A stretch of 64,000 nt of DNA, taken from Marsupella aquatica (Eukaryota; Plantae; Marchantiophyta). Made by a program: the position numbers and the translations under genes. The notes beneath the pieces are model-generated. The model was not told where the DNA came from, did no database searches, and was given only the letters and a program-made list of their open reading frames with translations. This document shows, piece after piece, positions 48,006 to 60,009 of this stretch. The stretch is from NCBI GenBank assembly GCA_973895155.1, contig OZ316893.1:16150645-16214644 (forward strand), written 5' to 3'. Numbering within the stretch: the stretch's first letter is position 1; every line of letters starts with the position of its first letter.

Positions 48006-51000
48006 TTATGAGGTGGGCTTGATCGTGGACAATCTGCTCATGCCTATGCCTTCGAGGTGCGCTCTGTGCAATCCGGCTGGTAGTGGTTTCGTAAACATGT
48101 CTGCTCGATTGTCCTGAGATTTGATCCATGCAACATTGATACTTTTCCCTTGTTGTTCTTGCGTGAAGAAATACTTGGGGTCAATATGCTTGGTCCTCTC
48201 GGTCTTCAGGATTCCGTTGGTTATCTGGTCGATACACGCCTTATTGTCTTCGTAGATTGTGGTTGGCTCTGTTATCTGTGGTTTACCGGTGCTGGACCTA
48301 ATATGATTGATAATGCTTCGTAGCCATACAGCTTCTCTGCACGCCTCGTATAACGCTATGATTTCCGAGTGGTTGGATGACGTTGTGGTCATTGTTTGCT
48401 TTGAACTTCGCCAAGATATTGCTGTCGTCCCCTGTAAGAACACGTACCCAGTCTGTGATTTGGAGTCCTGGGGGTCCGACAGGTAGCCGGCATCAGTGTA
48501 ACCGGTAAGCGTATCGGGGCTATTCTTAGGAAAGAATAGTCCAAGGTCGATCGTCCCTTGTAGGTATCTCATGATCCTCTTGATGCCGTTCCAATGCCTG
48601 ATGGTGGGCTGTGCGCTGTGTCTCGCTAAGAGACTGACGGCGAACGATATGTCAGGTCTCGTCTGGTTCGCTAGATACATAAGGGCGCCCACCGCTGATA
48701 GGTACGGTTTTTCTGATCCCAGTATGGGTTCGTCTTCTTGGCGCTTCCGAAACATATCTTTGATCGGGTCTAGAGATCTGAGTTCCATCGGGGTGGAGAC
48801 AGGGTAGGATTTCTGCATGTTGAATTGATGAAGTATCTTCTGCGTGTATGTCGATTGGTAAAGGAATATGCCTGTTTCTAAGTGTTCGATCTGCAGGCCT
48901 AGGCAGTGGTTGGGTCTTCCAAGGTCCTTCATCTCGAAGACTCCTTTCAGTGTATGTATTGTGTCTTTCATCATCTGTTTAGTCCCGAATAAGTTCACAT
49001 CGTCCACGTACAGTGCTAGTATCAGGACTTCGTCCATATGCTTTTTGATGAAGATGCAGGGGGCCAGTCCGCTATTTGTAAATCCGAGGGCGAGCATCTC
49101 TGTCTGGAATTTCTGATACCAGATTCTGCCGCTCTGTTTAAGTCCGTTGATGGAACGTAACACTTGGACTGTAAGTTTTGTTGTTAATTTCTTTCCTCTG
49201 GTATGCATTGCCTGTGTATTTCCACTTTGCATCAAGAGGGCCTTTGTATCCCCATCAGGTATTATTTGGCTGATGCCCTTTTTAATCTCTGTATTCAGGT
49301 TCTGGGACGTCTCCCCCTGAATGTGCTGCTTGACCCTCTCTATCAGTTCCGGGGGGGCAGTCATGTATATCTCAGTATCGAGTGTGCCGTAAAGGTACGC
49401 GGTTACCACGTCCATAAGGTTATTAACCAGTTTATGGTGGACTGAATGTGCTGTGAGATAGCGATATGTAGTAGCGTCCATTACTGGTGAGTATGTTAAA
49501 TCGTAGTCCCTGCCCGGGATTTGTGTGTAGCCTTTGGCTACTAGCCGGGCTCGATATCTTACTACTATGCCTTTCTCATTTCGTTTTTTTCAAGAATGTA
49601 AATCGAGAGTCGGTGTAATGTGTACCTGGTAATGCCATTTTAAATGGTCCGAATACTTGTCGCTTGATGAGGGCGTCCATCTCGGTATGTATTGCTGCTT
49701 GCCACTTTGGCCAATCTGGTTGTTTCTTTGCCTCGTTTATAGTGAGCGGATCAGGAATATCGTTGGTGATTTCCTGTATTACGTTATAGGCAAATTGTTC
49801 ATCAATTTGGGTTGTCGGTCGTTTATATATGTTACCTGTTTGCATGTATGTGATTGACATTTCCTCGTTTTCTTCACTCAGTGGGTCGTTTTGATTTATC
49901 GCTGTCACGTTAAGTGTGATCGCTGGTTCCAGCGCGGGTGTACCCAAGTTTGCTGCTGGAGTTTTACGTTGGCGAGGCTGGGAGTCCTTGATCCCTGGTG
50001 GTCTGCCTCGCTTTGCTCTGGGGGCTGTTACATTGGCCGGTGTCGAGGAGGTTTGTACTCGCGATGGCGCATTAGCTGCTAAGTTGTGGGATCTTGTGAC
50101 ATTTGCAGCGTCGTTAAATGAGTCTGGAATCTTTTCGAGCATTTCATGTAGGTGGAGAAGTCTTCTGACTTCTTCGTCTGCCTGCTTGGTTCTGGGGTCA
50201 TTTCTGTTTTGGTCTGCTTTCCAATTTATGGGCATTTTCGTTGTGTCCTTGGATTGTGTTGATGCTGTATTCGTGAGCTGTGGGAATTGATCTTCATAAA
50301 AATGGCAGTCCTGATGTCTTGCCTTGAACAGGTCTGCCGTAGTCGGTTCAAGGTATCTAATGATCGAAGTAGAGTCAAACCCAACATAGATACCTGCATT
50401 CCGTTGGGGTCCGAGTTTTGTTCTCTTTGGTCCTAAGATAGGCACCATTACCTGGCATCCGAAAATGCGTAGGTGGGACAGGTCCGGTGGTATGCCGAAC
50501 GCCAGGTGGTATGGTGTCTTAGAGTTATATGCTGACGGTCTATATTGGATTAGTGCAGCTGCGTGAAGGATGGCATGTCCCCATGCTGATGTGGGTAAGT
50601 TTGACTTCATTAACAGTGGTCTTGCCACCATTTGAAGTCTCTTAATAACCGACTCAGCTATACCGTTCTGAAAATGAACGTGGGGAACTGGATATTGAGT
50701 ATCGATGCCCGCTGCCCAACAAAAGTCGTCGAATGTTCTTGATGTGAACTCGCCAGCTCCATCTACTCTTAATCTTCTTGTAGGATACTCTGGGAACTGT
50801 GCTCTTAATTTAAGAATATGTGCTAAGATCCGCGCAAATGCCAAGTTGCGGGTAGATAGCAATGAAATCTGCAGCCATTTAGTTGATGAGTCGATGATTA
50901 CCAGGAAATATTTGAAAGGGCCGCTCGGGGGGTCTATAGGTCCGCAGATATCTGCATTGATCTGCTCTAGGAACTGTGGTATTGAAAATATTGTTTTTGG

Positions 51001-52620
51001 TATTGATGGTCGTATGGTCATTTTTCCTTGTGAGCACGCTATGCAGGCTGTTTTTACCTTTGGCTTGACTGTCTTGGGGATTCCTTTGGAGTCCCTTATA
51101 ATCCTGTTGTACATAGTGGTACCCGGGTGGCCCAGTCGACAGTGCCAGATGTATGTCATATCCTCTGATTCTTGGTGTATATGGAATGTTTGGATACTGG
51201 TTGCGTATAGGCCTGGGGGGATCAATGCAAATGTTTCTTTAATGGATGGCTTACCCTGTATGTCTTGTATGATCTGTAATGTCTCTGTTTTGCCCTGAGT
51301 ATTCGTGCGCAGTTGGAGGTTATTGGATCTGATATCCTGGAAGCTGATGAGGTTTCGGGTTGCTTTCGGGGCATAAATTGCTGACTTCACGGTGATTTTA
51401 GTTCCTCCTGGTAGTATAAATGTGGCTCGTCCTTTGCCTTCTTCTATATGATTAAGTCCTGCTATGGTGGTGATAGCGCGGGATGATGGGGTGATGGCCT
51501 CGAAATACTTGCTGTGTTTTAAGATAGTATGTGAGGTTCCGCTGTCGATGATGCCCGTATCGGGGTCGTCTAATGTCGGGTATTTCCAGTCAGTAAGAGA
51601 GGTATGTACTTCTATCTGTTCTTGTGTTTCTTCTCTCTGAGAGGCAATCAATTCTTCTTCTATCTCCATATAATGTCCTTGGGGGTTTTGTCTGGACTTA
51701 TTTCTGTCGTTTATGTATCTGTGGGCCTCTTGTTCTGTGGCTGCACATGCGTTTCTAATGTGGCCAATTTTGCCACATCGGTAACACATTTTCTGGGAAT
51801 TGTTTGCAGTGTCGTATTGGTTGCTTCGTCCTCTTCCTCTATTATTCATGGTGCCTCTGCGCCACGTGTTATTGGATCCGGAGGGTCGGTTATAAGGTTT
51901 GCCTTGTCCTCTGAATTGATTTCTCCCGCCCCTGAATTGGTTTCTTCCGCCTCTGAATTGAGTTCGTCCGCCCCGGTAATTTCCTCGTTGTTTGTCTTCA
52001 TAATTGGTGTAGTGGGTTTCAGGTCGATGTGGTGGGGGGTCTGATCCTGCTGGGCGCTTTCTGGCGTTTTGCAAGGCCACGATCTGTTGCTTCTCTTCCA
52101 CAAGTAAGTGAGCAATCAGATCTGAGTACTTAGTGAAACGCATGTTCCTATATTGTGTACCTAATGTGATATTAGATTCAGGGAATGTCGATAGTGTCTT
52201 ATCGATTCTATCTATGTCATTTATTGGATGTCCACACATTTCTAATTGAGATGTAATTCTGCACAGTGCGCTATTGTAATTGGCAATTGTGGTGTGGTCC
52301 ATGACGCGCAGGTTATGCCAATCCCTTCTTGCCTCTGGGAGCCATATCTCCCTCATATGATCAAATCGGGCTTTGAGGAGATCCCATAGTTTTCTTGGAT
52401 TAATTTCGTTCATATACTCATTCTTTAGTTGAGGGGTTAGATGTTGCCTGAGTAGAAACGCTGCCTTAGCCTTTTGTTTGAGCGTGACATCGATGTCGGT
52501 ATCTAAGGTGTCTTCAAGGTCTTGTGATGTAAAGTAAGTTTCGACATCTGTGATCCACGTCAAATAGTTGGATCCGTCGACTTTAAGTGCTGGCCATAAT
52601 AATTTTTCGACTGTATTCAT
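48006..52620 (-). pseudogene. Gag-Pol polyprotein of copy B, split by a +1 homopolymer frameshift
   Basis: ORFs 49576-52734 and 48006-49481; T7 run at 49584-49590 versus T6 in copy A (13155-13160); RNase H intact (EDNKAC...TKHID...ADMFTKPL). Confidence 0.92.
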
Positions 52621-52979
52621 TATTCGGGATGTCAGTTGATTTAAGAACTTTGGTGAAGATTGAATCGAGTGAAGTATCTCGATTGTACAATTGACCGGTT
52701 GGAAGCTTGTATATGGAGCTGAGGGAGCTTTCAATCATGCCAATAAAGTATTAGTCCTTTGGACTCTCGATATGCTGGTCCCGAATTGATGCTCTATGTG
52801 AAATTTCGTGTTTTGTAAAAAAAATTCAACTCTGAGGCAAAAGAATGGAGACCAAGAAAAAAAACGGTTATGGCAGTTTCTAAAAAAAATGCCACTTTAC
52901 GAGCATTCTCCTCGTGTAAAACTCGATTGCATCTGCTTGAAAAAAAATGATTTTTAGAGACTGGCTCGTGCTGATAACG

Positions 52980-53176
52980 TGTTGTAATAGACAACTAAAG
53001 GAACACTCAAAGATACTCCAACAAGATAGATCCATTACTATTGATGAGGGGATATATATATCCCCTTGGTTACATGGTAGGCAAATGCCCTTATACTGGT
53101 CCTATGGTTAGGAGTTCTCATACTATGGTTAAGGGTTCTCGCCCTATGGTTAAGGGGTAAACTAGGGTTTACAACA
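52980..53176 (-). repeat. 5' LTR of copy B
   Basis: Identical to 47305-47501; PBS at 52966-52979. Confidence 0.97.
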
Positions 53177-55773
53177 ATTGTCAATTATTTGGAATTACTG
53201 GGCATGAGTTTCATAACCAAGTTAGCACACAGGAAAGAAATTGTTTCTGTGTCATGAATGAGTGTTGGGCAGTGAGAAATGTGGAGAACAAGCGTAAGAA
53301 AACTAAACAGATATTAGGGTTTTAGAAGATGAGAACCAACCCAACATACAGACAAACAAGAGAAGGAGCTAGGGAAACACGGGGGAAACAAGAGTGGAAC
53401 AAGTGGAGGTCACAATACAAGCACTTAACCTTGGAGCAACGGAAATAGAAGACAAAATCAAGAACGATCGCTCAGGAGAACGATTAACTGAAGAACAACC
53501 AGCAAGGAGATGCACTATCCAATAGCAAGTAACAGTTAAGAGTTACTTGTTTTATTAGACAAGCAAAATAGGTAACAATTAACAAGTAGCCTTAGTGGAA
53601 TAAAACGGTTACAGAAACCGAATAAGCAGTTTGGCAGTTACAACTGCTGATAGTTAGGAGAAGTTACGAAAACCCTGTTTGTATGAAGGATATAGGGTAG
53701 TAGAGTAGGAGTGAGAAGGGTCTTTTGTTGTGGAAACTTTCAGGATCAGGAAGCTAGAGAGGCAGCCCTCAGGAAGCTAGAGAGGCAGCCCAGGAATAGG
53801 TAATGCCGAATTGCTAGACTTGGAGGTAGAGAGATGGGAGCCCATGGAAGACAAACCATGTAAAGAAATTGATGTGTTCATGGAATGAAAGATGCAATCA
53901 AGACCTATTGGCAAAACTACAAGGATCATTTGATTACATAGCTTGTATTTGTTGTATGTCAATAGAATTAAAGTTAAGAAGTTGATTGTAAAGAAAAGAT
54001 GGCTAGAAATATTAACATTTGATAATGGAAAATTTATTTGGATCTGGTTGGAACCTTTTAAAGGAAGAATAAGAATGTATGGCATGTGGAAATTGAAGTT
54101 GCAAACTATTAAAAAAATCCCTACAAGATTAGAATAAAGAGTAATTGACAAGAAATGTTGTAAAAGGGAGGCCCAAAGTAGTGTGATATGGAATTAACTA
54201 CCTTTGATTGGTCATTTAAATATGAACACATTCAATTTGGGCTACAGATTGCACCAAATGAATGCAAACACCTAATTGAAAGTTGGATGAGAATTATTGA
54301 AGAAGAAGAATCAGTATTTAATGAATCTACCACAATGGGTCTAGAGATTCTCTTTGAAGAAACATTAGTTGAAGGGTAAATGGAACTTAACCTTCAATTC
54401 AAGTGACATACGGGGTTTGCGGCTAGGGAAACTCGGATCAATGTCTCGAGTAATCGCACAAGTAGTCACTATCTAATTGTCGAGAAGGCTGGATAGCAAG
54501 CAAAGAGTGCACAAGAAATCAAGTATATTGAGGCCGTAAAATGTTTGATTGATACAAGAAGGGACATTACTGAAGTGAAGAGTTATGTTGGATAGTTAAT
54601 TCAAGGATTTGGCAACTAGTCAACTCCAGCGGTTAACAGTCCTCTAAGCTCAGGTTGACCGCGTTTACCACAGATTGCACCCAAGTAGACAGTGCAACTG
54701 GTGGTGGAGAGCTACTTGAGCGGGCCTGGGGTGGCGTCTGCGGCTGGCCTTGCCCGAGAAGGTTGGCTGCTGGTGCTGCCGGAGGGGGGCATCGGAGCGG
54801 ATGTCAAGCCGTAGACCGAGGCTGTGCTAAATCTAGGTTGGCCGAGTGACCGTGCTTTGGCAAATATGATGTCAAAATGGTATCGTAAGTCTATGGTCCT
54901 GGGGTTCCTGAAGACCTTGTTGGGGAGGCAAAGGATGGCTTCTCCAAAGCCAATATACTTTTCTCCTTAGAGGAAGAAATTGGTGATCTCCTTGTCCCTA
55001 CAATACTTGCTTTCAAACGGGAGCCCAAAATTGGTGATCCAGGTGGTAATGGCCTAGCAGATGAGTGCGTTGTTCAAAATGCTTCTCAACTTTGTACCTT
55101 TGTGGGTTGGTCTTAGCTAGCAAAGCGGCAAGATGGCCTCCTATCAAAAGAAATTGGTACCAAAACCGGACAGCTAAACTGGATAGAATAGGACCAGACA
55201 TATGGCAATGTTTGTAAGGCAAGCTGGATCACTAAGCGCGAAACGAAGGAGATGGGCTCAAAGCTAGCGCGAGGAGTGAACTGGCGAAGCAAAGGCAAGG
55301 AAAGCTCATCTTTTATACCCCCATAGTGCATCAAATGATTGGCTCCTCATGCTCGTGATAGGCCAAGCTTATCACACCCAAAGCATACCGGTCACTCCTC
55401 TGGTCCAGGTTGGAGCATACGAGAGAGCTGCTACCGGATTAGTTATACGGACCTGAGGTTGACAGCCATAATGAGCTCCTAATCCGGCGATACGTCGGGT
55501 GTCGCGCCGCCAGCCCGAGCGTGAACCTCCATCATTACTGGCCTAATCATCATGACTAACTAATTTTGTGTCATTGAGTTAATAACTACGGATTCCTATC
55601 TCTACTTTGTACGTACTAAATACAGATTAAGCCATATTATTGATTACAACCATGCTGGCGGTGTCACAAAAACTTACCGATGCAAGAAATGGGCAAAGGA
55701 GTGAGAAAGCCATCATTTCCCACAATTGTCTCCAAGAACACCATCTGTGAGATGCAAAGTGATGACAATCAAT

Positions 55774-56098
55774 GGGTATAGCGACGAAGACTGGAAACAG
55801 GTAAACAGGAATTTTTTTCTTGTTTTTAATATGCTGTTACCAGGAAAAAATCACTGTTACCAGGAAAAATGACAATTTAAAAATGTCTCCTATAACATGT
55901 AATTTTCAAAAAAATTAACAATGCAACATTTTTAGCTAGCAAAAAAAACTGGTCGACCGAGAAGAAAAAAATGCAAAAAAAAATTCAAAAAAAATTCAAA
56001 AAAATTTCCACCCATTTTCCTGTTTCCAGTTTTTTTCCAGTTACTAGTTTCTGTTATTAACTCCTGTTTCCCGTTTTGCTATCTTTTGTAAACACCTC
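55774..56098. mobile_element. Non-autonomous Mutator-like MITE (copy 2)
   Basis: Same termini as copy 1; 8-bp TSD caatcaat; internal deletions. Confidence 0.82.
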
Positions 56099-57044
56099 CA
56101 ATCAATCAACTCACCACAATGGTAGAGAGTATGTTTCAATACAAAACACACAACTTCAGAATCCAAAAATTCAAATCTTTGCTGCCTCATGTTTCAATTC
56201 CCTTCGCTTGTTTCTTTGTTCACTCACTCAACAGTGTAATGATCCTGACCTACATTGTTAACTATGGATTAAGAGATCGTGAATAGCACTTTTACGTACA
56301 TTTACCTTGGAGCCCCTTTGATTGGGGGTTTTAACAAGATAATGCACACACTCACTACTCTTCTATCCTTTGCATTGGTATGTTTGGATTCCGCCACCAA
56401 AATATACCCGATCGGCTTGATAACTCAAAATTGTCTAAGGGATTCTTCAGAACACTCAACCCGAGAAGGGATCCTTGCCTTACAAGTGAATTGAATGGGC
56501 AACTTAAAATCACAACTTTGATGCAACACACAACAAGAACTCAGATAATCTATATATTGATTGAACACGATTCCATTAAGGCACTTAACCACATACACTA
56601 TACTTCAAGCACACATTCTGCAAGCTAAGCTTTGCAACCAACTCAATTCAGACAATATACATGGGTATTTACATAGCCAACCAGCCAAGAACTTATCTAA
56701 TCTCTAGTGCTTCGACTTGGGTGATCTAACTTGACTAAGAACAAGCCCCAAGAGCCACGTTGCGAAGGTTTTTATCCTTGCAGCGTGCTCGCAGAATCCT
56801 ACCTACAATGTCTACAATCTTGAATCATGGGTAAACAACACCTCTCTAGACTTAGAGGACACTTACCCATGCAATCCTACTATCTACATTCCCCAGAGTC
56901 ATTGCATGTTGCAATATTCATCAATCTCTTTCCCTACTCCTGGCGGGATAGCATAACCCCCGTCTGGACTCATGGCATTGATGACCTCCTTGTCTTCAAG
57001 AACATCAGCATCCACTTATTGTTGTCATTGTCACGTGTGAGACA

Positions 57045-57399
57045 TGTTGAGCATAGACAACAATCACAACGACAAGCCCTGGATGAACCATCCAACGCAC
57101 AAGAGTTGACACAGAGAGATACGTGTTTAACCTCCATATGAGGCTATGTCCATGGGAACACACAAGAGCTTTGCTACACTCAGATAGGCCGACCGACCAT
57201 CCCAAGCATCCATAACACAAGCTCTTCCTATCTCTCCACTAGCTCCGTAACAATGAGCCTAATTAAGTTCCCTCTCTCCAAGCAAACACTACTTGGGTAT
57301 AGAGTGTGCACAGCATGACTAACCTAACCAAGTTTGCGACTAAGGTTAGCCTTAACTATGGTACAATCATTACTCTAGACCTAAGAGTAAATCCTAACA
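57045..57399 (-). mobile_element. Solo LTR related to the copia C family
   Basis: Reverse complement reads tgttaggatttactcttaggtctag...gtctatgctcaaca and shares long blocks with LTR C; flanks agaca/ggaca form a near-perfect 5-bp TSD. Confidence 0.88.
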
Positions 57400-57599
57400 G
57401 GACACACCTCCCAGAATAATTGATTCTAAACCTATCTCTTCAGCTTCTCTGTCGAGGTTATTGTCTCCAATAGACAAATTATTTGTATTGGTCTGATGGC
57501 CGATGTCGAGCCTAATCTCTAAATTGGGCACATCCCCAATGGTATTTACATTCTCAATTTGGGTATATTTCCAATATTGGTAATGGCTCCCACAGGTCC

Positions 57600-59350
57600 T
57601 TTACTGGCCAGCTTCATTTTCTCCCCTCTAGTGCCGGTGTGGTCCCGCCCCTCTAGCTCCTATGGTACATCCCCATCTTTTGTAGTTTCTAAGTCAAACA
57701 CAAAGTTGGGGACCATATCATGAGGTGGCGATGGTGATATAGGCATAGCAGCTTTTCCCTTATTTCCTCCTCTAACCTGGTGTAGTTGTAGAGCAAGATC
57801 TCGCAAAGTTATTGCTTGCTCATCCATCTGTTCTTGGAGTTGATCGGCTTGAGCCCTTTAAGACTCGGCCTCATCGGCCACTATATCCCTCTGTCCAATT
57901 ACCACTTCATAATCCTTGAGTACTTGATCAGACTTGATCTTGTACTTCTCCAGCTCAGACTTCAGCGCAACTTCCTCCACTTCCCACTGGTCTTGCTCCT
58001 TTGTCAACTTGGCACGCTCAACGTCCAGGTTGCCCCAATTAAGCTACCCTCGCTTCTTCCTTCAGGGCAAAAATGCACTCTTCATTCTTTTTCAAGGCAT
58101 CCACCAACGGTTTGATCCCTGCCTCGTTTTCCTTGGCCAAGTCCTTGGTCAAGCTTGCTTTTGTTGCTGCAATCTGCTGTGCATGTGCATCCTTTAGCTC
58201 ATTGATTGTCTTATGCAATTGCAATATCTTCCCGGAATATCTTAAACTTCTCAAGGGCTAAAAGCTCCTTTTTCTTCTAGACCGCCTTCTCATTGTCTTT
58301 CTCCTGTCGGCCAGCTGCTTTTGTAAGTCCACGATCTCCTTATTGGCCACTCTTAACTTTTCTGCATAGGATTGAGCATTTGCAAACCATAGCTTTACAT
58401 CATCACAAAGGGAATTGGTAGTCCCTCATAAATTAGCTAGGCTTGCCTTCTCAGTTTGCAGCTCCTCTAGCACATCCTTCATCTTTCGTTTATCAGACTG
58501 GCCATCGGCCATCTCCCTAAGTTTCCAAATTGCCTCCAACTTCTTTGCTTGTTTTGCCTCAACTAGGATTAATTAGAAGCAGATGGTGTTCTTCTTGTCA
58601 TCTAAGCTTTAGAGGCAAAGAATCTAACTTGTTAGGAACGGTGTCTAGTAAAGTCTTGACCAAAGCATTCCCCGCATTTAGTGCCATTTTGATTGCATAA
58701 GCCAATGCCGCACCCTTGTAGTTGATGTTCAAATACGGTTTCCTTGCCACCCCCTTGGTTGGAATTAGTCGAGGTTGGGGATGTGTCCCCTTCCTATAAG
58801 CTTGTGCTTCAAGATCTTTGCTGATCATGGTCCTCTAGGCAAGTCTCGCTCAGCCTCCACATTGGGTCCAACAGCGGGAACCTCTGGTTGCCTCAACTTG
58901 CCCATTTCTTACTTCTGGCATCCCTGAGAGCCGCCTTTCATGCCATCTCTGCCTTGGCTGCAATTTGCTTCTTAGGTCTCTCCAAGTCCTCTCCTCGTAA
59001 GATCTTCTCTGGCGCGCACTCTTCTATAGTCCTAGGTAAATTCCAATGCTCTATTGAGCACCAATAGACTACCTATCGGATCAACTATAGATTCCCATCC
59101 TAGAAACAAAGAACGTTCAAATCCTCAACACTGGGTTCCCACTTGAACCTTGCATTGATGTAATCCCTAGTGATAAACACAATGGACATTGCATCCCACA
59201 ATTGTGCAATGTCCGCCTGCTCTCATTATGCTCTTGCAAGATTGGTCTCCTCATATGTCTCTACCTGTTGTTGTGCATAGTTGAGCAATGTTTGCCAGAA
59301 ATACCTTGCCTGATTGACGTTGGCCATCAATACTTAGACAAAGAGATTAT
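57600..59350 (-). pseudogene. Decayed coiled-coil ORF, probably retroelement accessory
   Basis: Short colinear E/K/L-rich fragments (58039-58254, 58598-58828) with many stops. Confidence 0.35.
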
Positions 59351-60009
59351 AATGCTAAACCCTGAACCCTATGGCTGACAGTCCTGAGAGTTTTGTCCGA
59401 TAAGTAATATTTTTCTAGGGTGCAATGAGAGGAATAAATAGTGATTTCCCCATCTTCCCTCCTTACCCCCTACTGTAGATGGTGGTGCAGTACATACCGT
59501 CGTTGGAATACCACCATTGTGTAATATTGTATATCCCCAAGTAGCCATTTTTGTAATCAACAATTACCAAGCTCCTAACTCTAAGCCTTATTCTAGACTA
59601 GTTCCTACACTATTTGCTTAAAAAAATCATAACCTATGCTAATAATGTACACAAAGCTTTGTGTTTATCCACCTTTTTTTATATAGTGATCCCAATAAGG
59701 GCATCACACTACACAACATACATCGTTTGTCACACACATCCAATAACACAAACACAAAAGAATGAAACACAAGTGGAACTCATGTCCACACATATCCAAA
59801 ACCCACAATTGCACCCCTAGTTGGGAGTCAAGTCCCCTAACTCTAGCTAGAAATGAGTTCTACAATGTTGATATACACCTTTTTAGGTGTGAAGATAAGG
59901 ATTGAGGCTAGATGCAAGTGAGTCCCATCGATCACCTACTTGCAATCCATATCTTTCCAAGAGAACACAAATGATAACTAGTCGGCTTCACCAACATGAA
60001 GAGCACAAC

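Larger units (their letters stand above)
47305..53176 (-). mobile_element. Full-length Ty1/copia LTR retrotransposon, Bianca-like (copy B)
   Basis: Identical 197-bp LTRs at 47305-47501 and 52980-53176; TSD ATTGT (47300-47304, 53177-53181); nearly identical to copy A. Confidence 0.97.

Noticed and set aside
10876-53176. Segmental duplication as the origin of copies A and B
   Set aside because: Flanks are unrelated, TSDs differ and an LTR SNP is copy-specific in both LTRs.
54404-55668. Possible gypsy solo LTR (tgaca...tgtca)
   Set aside because: No convincing TSD or partner LTR in the window.
38634-59708. tgtgatgcc / ggcatcaca as ends of one giant LTR element
   Set aside because: Only a 9-bp inverted match, no TSD and no direct LTR pair.
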